From NCBI GenBank assembly GCA_013265495.1, contig MU057781.1, forward strand, positions 1,054,001-1,118,000: a stretch of 64,000 nt of DNA, read 5' to 3'. This DNA is from Vicugna vicugna (Eukaryota). The position numbers and the translations under genes were made by a program. The notes below the pieces were generated by a model. That model was not told the origin of the DNA. It made no database searches and was given only the letters and a program-made list of their open reading frames with translations. Position 1 is the first letter of the stretch, and every line of letters begins with the position of its first letter. Below are positions 34,448-47,602 of the stretch, in pieces.

Positions 34448-34723
34448 NNNNNNNNNNNNNNNNNNNNNNNNNNNNNNNNNNNNNNNNNNNNNNNNNNNNN
34501 NNNNNNNNNNNNNNNNNNNNNNNNNNNNNNNNNNNNNNNNNNNNNNNNNNNNNNNNNNNNNNNNNNNNNNNNNNNNNNNNNNNNNNNNNNNNNNNNNNNN
34601 NNNNNNNNNNNNNNNNNNNNNNNNNNNNNNNNNNNNNNNNNNNNNNNNNNNNNNNNNNNNNNNNNNNNNNNNNNNNNNNNNNNNNNNNNNNNNNNNNNNN
34701 NNNNNNNNNNNNNNNNNNNNNNN
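34448..34723 (-). CDS. NKX6-2: NKX6-2 exon 3 (VWFQNRR... to stop), inferred to lie wholly inside a 276-nt N gap
   Basis: Not visible. Intron 2 ends in ctgac plus pyrimidines just before the gap, 3'UTR follows it, and the gap fits the ~255 nt expected from orthologues. Confidence 0.6.
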
Positions 34724-35555
<832 letters not shown>

Positions 35556-35695
35556 NNNNNNNNNNNNNNNNNNNNNNNNNNNNNNNNNNNNNNNNNNNNN
35601 NNNNNNNNNNNNNNNNNNNNNNNNNNNNNNNNNNNNNNNNNNNNNNNNNNNNNNNNNNNNNNNNNNNNNNNNNNNNNNNNNNNNNNNNNNNNNNN

Positions 35696-36030
35696 CCGTC
35701 GCCGCCGCCCCCGCCCGCCGGCCTGGGAAGTTTGCGCGCGGCCCACGGGCCGGACGCGCTGATAACCGCGGGGCCCCGGCGCGGCGCGCGCGCTGATTGG
35801 CTGCCGGCGCCCGCGGCCCGGCCATTGGCCAGCGCCCCGCCGTCTGCGCGCGCCCCCGCCGGCAGCGCACTCCATGAAGGGCCCATTAGCGCCGCAGGTG
35901 CCTCCCGGGCTGTAAATTTGTCCCCTGATTTATCTCCCCGGGGACGAAATAAATCCCGCTGGATGGGAGTTTAGTTAGGCAAAGGTTTTAATGGGAAATC
36001 AGGAAAAAATACGAGAACATATTTTATCGC
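35696..36030 (-). promoter_or_regulatory. NKX6-2: NKX6-2 5'UTR and proximal promoter with two CCAAT boxes
   Basis: ATTGG on plus at 35796-35800 and 35824-35828; GC-rich core followed by an AT-rich block with TAAT sites (35880-36030). Confidence 0.7.
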
Positions 36031-38624
36031 CCGAAAGAATGTAGATTTGAGGATCCACTCAGCACACTCCGTGGACCCCGTTCAGTGAAGAGCCACAGGC
36101 GGGAGGGCACGGGGAGCCCGCAGGCATTCGGGGTCACGGCCCGCGCCCCCCGCCCCCGGCTGCTTCCCTCTGCCCCGGGCTCAGGTTTGGGGGGAGGGCC
36201 AAAAACATTTCCGTAAACATTCTCCTCCGGAATACAGAAGACGGAGGAAGCCGGACCTCAGAGTCCACGGGCCGAATGCCAGACATGGCCCACGAGAAGC
36301 TTTCACCAATCAACTAGTTTGCTCGGTGGCGAGGCCTGTCCGAGGGTCACAGGCGAGGCCGCCGACCCCCGGGCACTGCCAGGACAGCCGTTAGTTCCCA
36401 GTCCCCTCCCCCCGGGCCCGCGGAGCTGAAACCTTCCGGGCCTCTGGGTTGGGTGTTTCCCGGTCGCGAAGTCGGGGCTTGTTCCCGGGAGGCAACCTGA
36501 GCCCAGAGCTTCGACCTGGGCGCCGATTTAGCCCGCAGCCTTCCCCGCGTGAAGCACAGCCCCAGCTGGCAGAACGGGCGCCGTGGCAGGCTCCGAGTCC
36601 CGATCCCAAGGCATACGGGGCCACATTCGGGGCCTTGGATGCAGCGGGCAGGAGCGCGGACTTCTGACAAGCATGCAGGGCCCACAGTGTCCTCCTCTGG
36701 GTACGAAGAGCCTCCCACACCGCAGAATTGCTGTGGAGGGTTCAAATAAGATGGTAGTGGGCTGCGCGCGCTGGCGGAGAGCAGGCGCTGAGTACAATTC
36801 CGGACCTTGCTTCCTCGTCACGTATTAATTACTGAGTGATGACTAATATTATTACTCGCTGCCTTTTGGGAACGTGCGGGAACCCATGGCCGCCGTTTTG
36901 TGGCTTGGGGGCGGCGTGTGCCAAGCCGGCCTCTGTCAGGCCTGGTGCGGTGCGCTGTCCGTTAGCAACGACTTTCCCGTTTCACTTCGGCTGCCAGGGT
37001 TTCAGTGGCGAGGTAGAAGGCCACCTTCTTGGCTCTGTGCTGGGACCGAACGCCCGCTCGCGCTGAGACCCTCGGGGGTCCGTTTTCGTTTTGTGCAGTT
37101 AGCTGTGGAGTCTTAGTACCCAGACTCCCTAAGCCAGCTCGCGGCTTGGAAAGCCACTGACCACCGGGGCTGGGCGGCCGTTCGGTGGCCTCCTCTGGCC
37201 GTGTGAGCGCGCGCCGTGTGGTCCCGGGAGGCGCGGCGTGGGGCGTGGTGCCCTGGCTCCGAGCGCGGTGCAGCCCGCGCGCAAGAGAGTTTCTCTCTTC
37301 CTGCTTCCTTGACTGGGGCCGCACTCGCAGATCTGGGTGTGACTGCCCCGCAGGCGATCGGCCCCAGCGGGGCCAGGCCCGGGATACCGAGAGCGCCCCT
37401 CCAGCGTTCCCGCGGTACGTACTGCGGCCGAGCCCCAAGACCAGCCCCGGGCCTCGCATGCGCCCCACTTTCCTGGGCACTGCGTGCGTGCGCCTCGAGA
37501 GCCCGGCCCCAGGGAGGCTCCTTCCCTGCAGGGTTTGGGACCCTCTGGGCTCCTCCGGCCTCCTCCGGGCTGCAGCGGGTGGAGAAAGCTGGCGCTCCGG
37601 TTGGAGCGGGAGCTGTGGGCCTGGGGGCGGGGCCGAGGGAGGGGAGGGGCCTAGTGAGAGGGGCGGGGCCGGCTCTCCGCTCGGGACCACTCTGTGGGCT
37701 ACCGAGCCAACTCTGGGTATCCTTGACCCGACGGTCTTCTGGGGGTGGGACAGGAGTGGCGCGCCCGGACGGGACAACAGGGCGCACTATCCTTCCGAAG
37801 GGTCCCCGCGACCCTGGCTCGGAGGCAGGAGGAACACTGCAGCTCTGGGCGCTGCTCTTTGGCTCCTCGCGCACCCGGGCGGGGGCCTCCGCAGCCCTTT
37901 TACACCGATGAGAAAAGAGACCTCGAGTCGCTGCCCTGCGTGCCGGCTCTGTCTACGCCGCCGGGTCCTGCCTGGACTAAGGCCGGAATGCTTGGTGTCG
38001 CGAGTGGGTCTGCCGTCTCCACTGACCGCAGCGGGCGCGGCTCTCCTGGGAGCCAGTGGCCGCGGGTGCGAGATAGGGGGCTGGAGTGAGGTTTGGAGGG
38101 CCTGTGGCGGATTGGGGGCGCCGGGACTGCTGGGTGAAGGCGGCCTCTTTTAAATGCTCTCTGGCTGTTGGTGTCTCGGTACGCTCCGCGCGCATCCTGT
38201 CCTGCTCGGCGTGCGGGGGCACCCAAGCCCCGTCTCTCTCCCACCCTGCAGGACGTGCGGCACGGGGCTGCCTCTCCCTAGTGCCCTGGTCCCGGGTATA
38301 AAGTCTTGTTAACTACCACGTCTTCCTTGCCCGCCATCTTTTGGCATTCCAGACTGCGCCCCCAAGCACTCCTGCTGTGCTCCTGGGCACTGCCCCCTCC
38401 GTGGGACCAAAGGAAACACCCCCCCCGTAAGGAAAATCTGGTGGCCGCCTGCCTGGAAGGAGCGCCTCTGGGCTCCCACTGCCTGAGCCGCTTTCCGCCG
38501 TACTGGAGAGGTCCGCGTACGCCACCTTCTGGTCTTGAAGGAAAAGTCCTGCGGAGGAAGACAACCGGCGCTTTTCGGCGCGTGAACTTGGACGTCGTGG
38601 GAACACACAGCGCTGTGTGGCAGA

Positions 38625-38780
38625 GATCTTTATTTACTCAACGTTTATTTACTGGGCACCTACTAGGTGCCAGGCGTGCTCTGGGAGAGTCACGTGAACT
38701 CAGCGAGCTCCACCTCCGTGCGCCCCGCCCTGCCTTGCGGGAAGGAGTGGACAATAAACAAAAAAACCTGTTCGGCAAGT
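38625..38780 (-). mobile_element. L2 LINE 3'-end fragment
   Basis: tttactcaacgtttatttactgggcacctactaggtgccaggc resembles antisense L2 (caacaaatatttattgagcacctactatgtgccaggc). Confidence 0.55.
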
Positions 38781-39739
38781 GCCTGCAGGTTGGGAACAAC
38801 ACTATTGATCCCTTTGTTGGATGGGTGGGCCTGGGAGGGGTCCCCGGGGAGTGCCAGCCAGGCCTAGTCGGTGTCCAAGCCCTGGGCGGGTCAGAGCCCA
38901 GCGCGGTGTGGGAGGGGACAAGCGGGATGGGCGGGGGATGGGGGCTTGCACCTAGTAGGAGCTTGGATCCCATCGCCGACCGCGCAGGTAGCCACGGAGT
39001 TGGCAAATACCTTGTCAAAGAAATAGAGGTTTGTCGCTGCGGGGGGCTGGCAAGTTGTCGACCTGCCATCTGCCCCCACCATGCCCACTAGGGGCTGGGG
39101 CCTCTGGGGCGGCCCCCTGCAAAGGGCCCTGGTTTTGTCCTCCCACGTGTGAGCAGTTCTCTGCTCTGAGAGCACAGAATGCAACCACACCAGGGTGGAT
39201 TCGGGATGCTGCTCATCTGGGGGCTGGTGGGTCAGGAGAACCAATGGGTGCCACCCACTGCTGGGGGATGAAGGCGCAGAGGTGAGGTCATCAGGGCCCT
39301 GGAGCTGGAGGGGCCTCCGGACTCGCGGCGGCGTGCATCTACTCCTGCAGGAACTCCCAGGGCCTGGAGATGAAAAGTTCCTTCGCTCTGGCGCAAACCC
39401 CACCCCCTCCCTAGCAAACGGGCCAAGTGGGGCCTCCAAACCCCCGCCCTCCTGGCTGTGCGCCCTCCACAGGCCGACCCCCGGAAAGGGGGCTGGCAGA
39501 CTCGCATCTCTGCTCGGCTGACCCCCCAGCACTGCCAGAGTGACAGGGACTGTCTGACAGGCAGTGAGGAGTGAGGGTTGAAGGTGGGCCTGGGCCTGAA
39601 TGGGGGCAGGGGGCACGGATGGGCACATAAAGGAGGCCCAGCTGGTCACCCTGGCCCCTCTCCCACCTGCACTATGGCCCAGTCCTGCCCACCATGCTCC
39701 ACCTGGGTCTAATCCCCATGTAATGACCAGTGCATCAAA

Positions 39740-40022
39740 CCAAGGCCACCAGTAGCCTCCTATCCCTGCTGGACTCATCCATCTGACCCCCTCCACTGGT
39801 CCGTTTGCTGCTACCCTGCCTTCCACCGCCCTCCTGGACCTCTCTGCCCTCACCTTCCCAGTCCATCTGGGTCTGGGCTGGACCCTCACCCTCAGCCCCT
39901 GCTGGGCTGACGTGCCTTCTGCAAAGTGGCACCTCCCAGGGTGTCAGCATCTGGGTGCAGGGACCACCAGGCTTGGGGCGCCTCGGGGACTGAATAAATG
40001 CTGCTAAGGGAAGGAATGAGCA
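39740..40022 (+). mobile_element. Possible L2 3'-end fragment
   Basis: Ends in ctgaataaatgctgctaagggaaggaatgag, similar to the L2 terminus; heavily diverged. Confidence 0.35.
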
Positions 40023-43000
40023 TGCGTCCCAGTCCCGGGCTGCACACAAGGGTTGGGGAGGGGGGCTTTGTGCCCCCCTGGGGAGCAGGCACTGCTAAGG
40101 GGCCTCCAGGCACCCTGAGCCAAAGGGTACCATGGACGTGTGGGGCCCCGGAAGGGACTTTCTGAGCCAAGCCACTTCCCTGGGAAGATGCTGGAAAGAC
40201 CCTGAGAGGCTGAGACCATTGGCAGGTGGAAGGAGGCCCAGAAGGTATGTAAAGGAAGAGGCAGAGGCCTGGGGCCCCAGGAGAAGGCCACAGCTGCCCA
40301 GCCCTTCCTGGCAGGAGGCAGGCTGGACCGGACTCCTGGCCTGGCCCCTCCTCTGTGATGCTCTGGCTTCTCTGGACTTGGAGCCCCTCCCCAAGCCTGG
40401 GACAGGCGGGTCTCCCACCCTGCAGGCCCTCCCTGCACTCCCAGCTCCTTTATTTCTTTAAAAGTTATTTATTTTGATAAACGTCACAGCCAGAGAGAAG
40501 CATACAGAAGCACACCACGTGTCCTTGTGCCGACCTGTCTCTCTTGCCGTTTCGCCCTGCTGGCCTCGCCTCTCCTCTGAAGGAAGCGCCTGACACAGGG
40601 GGAGTGCTTCAAGGAAGCCCTGCGGCGGGGCGTCTGTGCACACGCTGCTCCCCCAGGCCTCGAGGCCGCGCGGGGCCACACAGTGCTGGGCGGCCTCACG
40701 GTTCTCTCCTCGGGGACGCGGGGCCACAGGCCTCTCGTGGCTGCTGGAAGGGATGTTTGCCCAGTTGTTTTTCATTCACTCCTCAGGCAAGCTCCGTGAG
40801 GCAGTGACACCGCCGCCCTCCTTGGCCAGTGCGTCTGGGCTTAGCGGGCAGCCCTGTCGGACGGGCAGCCTGGGTCTCAGCCACTTGGCCTCTGCAGTTG
40901 GGGTGGCATCGGCCACACTCCATGCCCTCCAGGTGTCCTGAGCGTCGGGTTTTTCTCCCTCTCCAGCCCCTCCTTCTTCCTCTCCTTCCAGGGCCCCTCC
41001 CTGAGGCCCCAGCCCCCGCCCAGGTCTGCTACCCCTGACCTTGCGTTCTACACCCACAGGCACCAAGGCTGCATCGCCTCCTTCTTTCCCAGGGTCCTGT
41101 AGGGTCCCTGGTCCAGGACACATTCCAACACACCAGCGGCCCAGGCTGTGAAGAGCTTGCAGGAATGAATGTCTGGATGAACAGCTTACCCACCGAGAGG
41201 CTTTGGGGCTGGAGAGGGAAATGTCCACATGTCTGGCCCAGCGCCCACCTCCAGGCCCGCTCGCTCCAGCTTTGGGGAGCCTTTTCTTGGGCTGCCACTT
41301 CACTCTGCCTTCCTGCTTCCAGGAAGCCCCTGGCTCTTGGTTGGAGACATATGGCCACCTGTCCCCTGCAGCCACAGCCAAGATGGGCTCTGGCACCCTC
41401 TCCACGCTCACGGAGTGAGGCTACCACTCCCTCTGGATGACGAGGGCCCTGTGAAACGGGAGCTGGGCAAGGGGGGCTCCCTGGAAGAGGCGGCCCACTG
41501 GCCTGACTGTGGGCAGTGGGCACACAGTGCCACAGAAGCGCTCTTCTGGATCCCAGAGTCTTGTCTCCTTCAGGAAAGGACAAAGAGAGGCGGCTGTAAA
41601 TCACCTTCCGAGCTGATTCCCGGGGGCTCCGCGGCACCAGCTGCGCAGTCAGAGCGATGAGCTCGCTTCCGAGGGCGGGGGAGGGGTCTGACCGCGTGCC
41701 AAACGCGCTAATTGAGCGCCAAGGAAAAGATTTGTGTTGGGGCGTCTGCTCTGGCCGCCTGTGCTGTGCTCCCAGGATAGGCTTGGACGGCCCTGGCCAG
41801 GGGAGGCCTCCGGTAGGGCCCTTGGCTACACTCTGGGCTGAGTCCCAGCCTCGGGGGACTGGGGGCTTCCTGGCGGGTGTGCCCTGCTGGGCCATGGCCA
41901 GGGCCTCCCCGGGGACAAGTGGCCTCCGTGGGCCTCCCAGAGGATGCCCCTTCCCGAGTGTCTGGTCAGGAGCCCGGGCCCTGGGTGCCTGGCAGCCTCT
42001 CCCGTCCATGGCTGAGCCGGAGGGGCTGCCCACCCAGGCCCTGGCCCTGCCCACTCTACATGCAGAGCCTCTTTGTCCACGGAGCATCCCCAGGTCTTCA
42101 TTAAACGCCTCTTGTGGAGGGAGGGAGACAGCACAGAATGAATCACTGGGCCTGACACGTGGCGTTATCCGCACAGTGACCCGCGCTCCTGCTCAGGGTG
42201 CCTCGCGGCTGGTGGGGGAGGGCTGCTTCCCAGAAGAGCCAAAGGCGGGGACAGTGGAGCCGCGGCCGCCCTGAGGAGCAGGTGGGGCACACAGTGCCGT
42301 CGGTCTCCGGGGAGGAGCCGTCTATGATGGGGGCCAGTTTGTGTATGTAGAGGGTCACTGGGCTTGGGGCAGAGGGCTGGACCCAGCCAGGAGGCGGTTT
42401 CAGGGAAGAGTGACGTGTCCCCACCCTGCTCCTGGGAGGCCAGGCATGCAGGGGGCCGCTGCCTAGCAGAGCCTTGACAGCTGGTGCCCCACGGAGCGGA
42501 GAGTGTTTGCGGAAGACGGTCCTATGAGTGGGGAAAGCCAGGCTGTGCGTAGCCCCTCTGACGCTGAGGAGCATGTCTGCTGTGTGAGGCGAAGGACACA
42601 CGCCCTCCGTGCACAGCCTGAGGGGCTTCCGGCCCCTGGCCCGGGCTGCCCGCTGCCTGGCCAGTCGCCTGCCTGGGCAGTGGGTCCGGCAGGGCTGGGA
42701 GGGGAGTCAGCTGGGCCGGGGGTCTGGTCTGGCACGTGACTCCCAGAGGCTCAGAGGCCCACGACCCGCTCTGGCCCAGGGGTGGGGTGGGGCTCCCCCA
42801 GGAGGCCCGTGGCATCACCTAATCTAACTCACCCGAGGCATCCGGGCACCCTACCAGTCAGGGTTCCTCCCGCCTGACCCGCAGGACTTGCTTTGCTTCT
42901 GGGGGCGGGGGATGGTGCCTTCCCCCCAGATCACAGGCTGTGGCCAAGGAAGGGTGAGCAGGAGGGACAGCTGGAGGAGCCTTTAGGGGAACGGTGTGTC

Positions 43001-45054
43001 CCAGACCTGTCCCAGGGGAGGCGCCCGGACCTGGTGGTGGGGTATTTCCCACTCCGCGTTCCTGAGCAAAAGCTGGCTGGCACGTGGCAGATGGGGGACA
43101 GAGGGCTCTTTCCAAACCCCAAGGGAGGAGGGCGGTGTACGATTGGAGGTCTCCCGCTGGGACAGGCATTCCGGAGATGCTGGAGGGCTCCTCAGGGCTT
43201 CACTTGGCTTGAGCTGGCTTACGGAGCACACAGCGAGTGCGTCCCCACGTCTGGCCCCAGGCTGTGCACGGGGGCTTGAGGGACTTAGACCAGAGGCAAG
43301 TCCCTGTCCTCCAGCAGAGGGGACCCCAGCGGGCAAAGCCCCCGGGGCTCTTCCTCTGGGTCCAGGGACAAAGCGGCCGGACTCCTGGAGGCTCCCTGAA
43401 GAGGTGATATAGATCTGGCCTCCGGGAAGGAGTTTGGGAATTTCTCTCCTGCTTTCAGAGGAAGACTTGCAAACCCGGGAGAGAGGCCTGCACAGCCAGG
43501 CAGGGCGTCCTGGACACGCAGGACTCGACTGGGCGCCCCGTGGGCTCCAGCCACGGTGAAGGCTGACCGACCGCGGAGCCTGGGATGTGGTTCTGCCGTT
43601 GGGGCTCCCTGCTGGCCCCAGGCCAGGACAGTGCTCCTGACGTCTTTGGGAAGATGGCAGTTGTCAGAGATCTGGGTGGAAAAGAGTTATCGTTTCCAAA
43701 CACTGTGTTTTGGTGACGAGGATGACAGATAACCATTGTGAAACAATGAACAAAGTGAAGTAAATGTCTTCCGCATCTCAGCCCCCGGTGTGGTGTGGCT
43801 GGCACCTGCCCACTGCTGTCCACTCCCTCGTTCCCTCATTCATGCAACTGCTTACTGCCCCTGCCGTGTGCGGACGCTGCCCCAGGCTGTGGGGACAGTG
43901 ACCCCAAGGACAGAGCACACGGAAGACCTTGCATGTGCAGAGCTCACTCTGTGTAAGACCCTCACAGAGAGAACCCACACACCCACACACACTCACACAC
44001 ACGCCGCACACACGCTCCTGTCTGTGCACCCCTCACCTGGCCCGTGTCCCGGCATCTTCGTGGAACCACCTGCAGGGCCCAGAGCCGCTCAGGCCGTGGT
44101 CTCTGCGCCCAGCACTTTGGATGTTCCCGAGTTTTCAGCTTTAACATTGTACTGAGAGGACCAAATGCAGAACCTCTGACTCCTTGTTAAGATAAATTTT
44201 AAATTTCTACGAGTCCCTGAACTGACGTGCAGTTTTCTGTATTAATCCTCTTGACAGTGCGGTTACAGCAGGTGTTTTTGATCTGTTAGCTTGTGTTCTT
44301 ACCCAGGGCTCCGCCGGCTCTGATCACCTGTCTTGGGTCTGCTTTTTCATCTTCCTTTATCCTGGGCTCACGGGGGGACCCAGGAGCTGGCCTGGGAGTC
44401 CTGGCAGGTCCAGGTGAGGAAGGTGGTGCCCCTTCCAAACAGACGTGGTGTGTGGGTGTCACACAGACACGTGTGAGAAGCAGCCGTGGGCCAGACGGTG
44501 AAGCCTCCAAGGTCCAGCTCAACACGAACCCGCACCTGCTGACGGCGGAAGCTACAAGCTGTTGTGAAGACGGACCTGGCACCAAAATACTTGAGCTAAG
44601 AATGACAGAAACACACAAAGACGAAAAATAAAACCCAGTCGTGGTCATGAACTTTAACTTACCCCTCCCCGTCCATGACATCCCCAGTCAGATGCAGGAC
44701 CAGGATGTGTGATCAATGTTGGGTCTAATAAATATATTGAATTCTCTGTCCTGAAAACAGACACGGCAGAGTCACGAGAGTTGACCACACATTATTCACA
44801 AAGAAAACACCACTCATCGCACCGAAGCAGACAGATGCTGGTGTTCTGGGAGCAACCCTGTGCAGGACCTCGTACGAAACGTGAGATGCTGTGAAAACAT
44901 GCAGAGTGGGCTACTGGCTATGACAGCATTTCTAATAAGACAGTATTTTGAAAAGTGTGCATGTCGTTTCATTAGATTATCATTTCATCATTAAATATAT
45001 GGACACTTACCTGGAGGAAAACTCTCGAAGTATCCATGGCACCAAATCCTGCCC

Positions 45055-45446
45055 TGGGGAGGAGCCTGAGGAAGAGGGGGAGACTAGGGAGGAGGGGGAG
45101 CCTGAGGAGGAGGGAAAGACTGGGGAGGAGGGAGAATCTTAGGGAGGAGGGAGAGACTGGGGAGGAGGGAGGAGCTTAGGGAGGAGGGGGAGCCTGAGGA
45201 GGAGGGAGAGACTGGGGAGGAGGGAGGAGCTGAGGGAGGAAGGGGAGCCTGGGGAGGAAGAAGGGGAGACTGGGGAGGAGGGAGAATCTTAGGGAGGAGG
45301 GAGAGACTGGGGAGGAGGGAGGAGCTTAGGGAGGAGGGGGAGCCTGAGGAGGAGGGAGAGACTGGGGAGGAGGGAGGAGCNNNNNNNNNNNNNNNNNNNN
45401 NNNNNNNNNNNNNNNNNNNNNNNNNGGAGCCTGGGGAGGAGGGGGC
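45055..45446. repeat. Polypurine minisatellite (~18-19-nt monomers, 150-nt higher-order unit) containing an N gap
   Basis: GGGGAGGAGGGAGA(G/A)-type monomers; the block at 45121 recurs at 45271. Confidence 0.9.
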
Positions 45447-47493
45447 AGGGCAGATCCCCCTCCCTTCTCGTTTGCTCTGCTGTGCTTTAGGGCGTTCTCC
45501 TATGAGCATGAACTACTTTTATTAACAGAACAATGAAAGCCCACCTGGGGACTGAGTGTCAGACAAGTGGCCTTTGTCATGGCTGGTGAGGCTGGGCTGG
45601 GGTCCTGGAAGGCCTGCATTTACTTCAGCTCAAGGACCATTTTCTCCGGGGGATGTGAGTTCAGAACAGCCTGCCCCGTGAACTCTGGGTCTGTCAGGCC
45701 CAGTCCCTTGCTGGGAGCGGCCTGAGCAGCAGCGGCATCTGCGAGTGGAGAGCTGTGGCTGGTCAGGCGCTGCCCGAAGCTGGAGGTGGGCAAGGCGGTC
45801 CTGGACCACGGGGCGTCCGTCACAGCCCTGCCCTCAGAGCGAGTTCTCCCTGGCCGGCTCCTAACTGGCTGCAGAGCCGCGGGCTTCTCCAGGCGCTGGG
45901 CTAGCGGCGTCATGAGCCTCCTGGTTTGCTGGGTCCTCACCGCAGGCCCTCCCTGCCCCGCTGGCCACTGTGTGGAGTGCAGCCTGGCCCTCTGTCCCCA
46001 CTTGTCCTGGTTCCTGAAACTTGTGCCTGTCACCTGTCCCTGTCAGTGTCCCATCACTCCTCAGGGATCTGAGGTCAGGTAAGACAGGTGCCACCACAAC
46101 CAAAGACACTGCCCAGGTCAGCTGTGTCTGCTCAGGGGCCCTTCCGACGTGGCCCCCGGGGGCGGCGGAGGCTGCCACTGTCCTGCTCCCAGGACAGCTG
46201 GGCACTTTAGCCCCAGTGTAAAAAACAAAACAAAACAGCAAAAAACACTGGACCCAAGAGCAGAAGTGTGACCCCAACAGTTGCTGGACTCCAAGATGTG
46301 AAACCCAGATGTCCTAACCCTGCATCCTAGTGGACATGCTCCCTATGGACCTTAGCCCCAGTTGCAGGTGACTTGGAAGGGGCTGGTCATCCTGCTGGGA
46401 ACAGACAGGCCGGCCAGTCACAGGCGGGCAGCTCGTGTCTCCCTGTCGGACAGCAGCCCTTCTCAGTCCCGTGTCCGCCCAGCACGCCATTCCAGGGGCT
46501 CTGTGTGTCCCCACCTGGTCCCACCGGCCCAGGCCTGGGTCCCGGTGCCTCGTCCCACCTGTCCAGGTTCCAGTGCAGGTTCTGGCCGCGGGGCCCGCCT
46601 GTCCAGGCCAGGCAGTGATGCGGGAGCTTGGGGTTTCATTGTGTGGCTTGGGCTCACAGGAGGGCTGCAGGTGGCAGAGGACAGAAATGGGGCTCCTGGC
46701 GAGTGTGGCCCACAGGGGTGCAGGCCAGTCTCCCCGTTTGTGCGGCTCAGGCATTGCCCATGCACAGCAGCCAGGGCCCAGGGGCGGTGGTCACCACCTG
46801 GCTCCTGACGGCGGAATCTCCCCAGCCTGTGCCTCCTCAGGAATTTTAGAGGGAGACTGCAAAGGGAGATTGCCATCGATACTGTAAGAGGCTGGGGACA
46901 GCGAGGACCAGAAGCCCATCCTGAGTTCAGAGGGAAACCACAGAATTGCTCAGGCTTTTAAAAGTGATTCTTCCAGGAAGGACTCAAGGAGCCGTAACTG
47001 TGTCTTGGTTCCTGTAACGCCTGGATGCGTCCTGCTGCCGGGGCCCGGGCCCTCGCCGCCGCTCTCTTCGTCTCTTCCTGCAGTTTCTATGGGCCCTGGT
47101 GACGTGCTCCGTCCTAAAATATTTCAAGAGCAAGCTAATTGGTACACCTTGTCTGCCTCCAGGGGAAATTAAGCAGATTATACGGCCTATTAAATATTTT
47201 GTGTGTGAGCTTTATTTCCAGTTGGCTTCTAAAAATAGTATCAATATTAATTAATATGCATTAGGCGCTTATACACCTGTAGAAGTGAGAGCGTTTTAAA
47301 AAGTAAATAAAACGACTCCTTGTACTGTTAACAGCTGGCTCTTTGAATTCTTTTTCCTTGCTAAATCTACACCTCAGAAGACAGTGTCACCTTGACTCGG
47401 TTACTGGTTTACAAGCAAATGAGCAGCATGTACTTTTAAAGTGGTTAGAGGTTTCACACCCGACTGCACTTGCGAGGGAAAGTTCATGTACCA

Positions 47494-47602
47494 GTCCTTT
47501 TGGGGGGGTGATTTATTTTATTTATTTATTTATTTTTAGTGGCGGTACTGGGGCTTGAACCCAGGACCTCATGCAGGCTACCCCTGAGCTACACCCTCCC
47601 CC
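47494..47602 (-). mobile_element. tRNA-derived SINE, camelid Vic-1-like, with internal deletion and target-site duplication
   Basis: Minus strand GGGGAGGGTGTAGCTCAGGGGTAG...GGTTCAAGCCCCAGTACCGCC + (AAAT)n tail; Pol III A and B boxes; flanking TCATGTACCA at 47484-47493 and 47603-47612. Confidence 0.85.

Noticed and set aside
44640-45040. Possible old L1 fragment
   Set aside because: AT-rich and repeat-like, but I could not match it to a consensus with enough confidence
45084-45509. Pro/Ser-rich repetitive ORF
   Set aside because: Translation of the polypurine minisatellite
47494-47602. tRNA gene
   Set aside because: Has A and B boxes but a deleted anticodon arm, an A-rich tail and a TSD; it is a SINE
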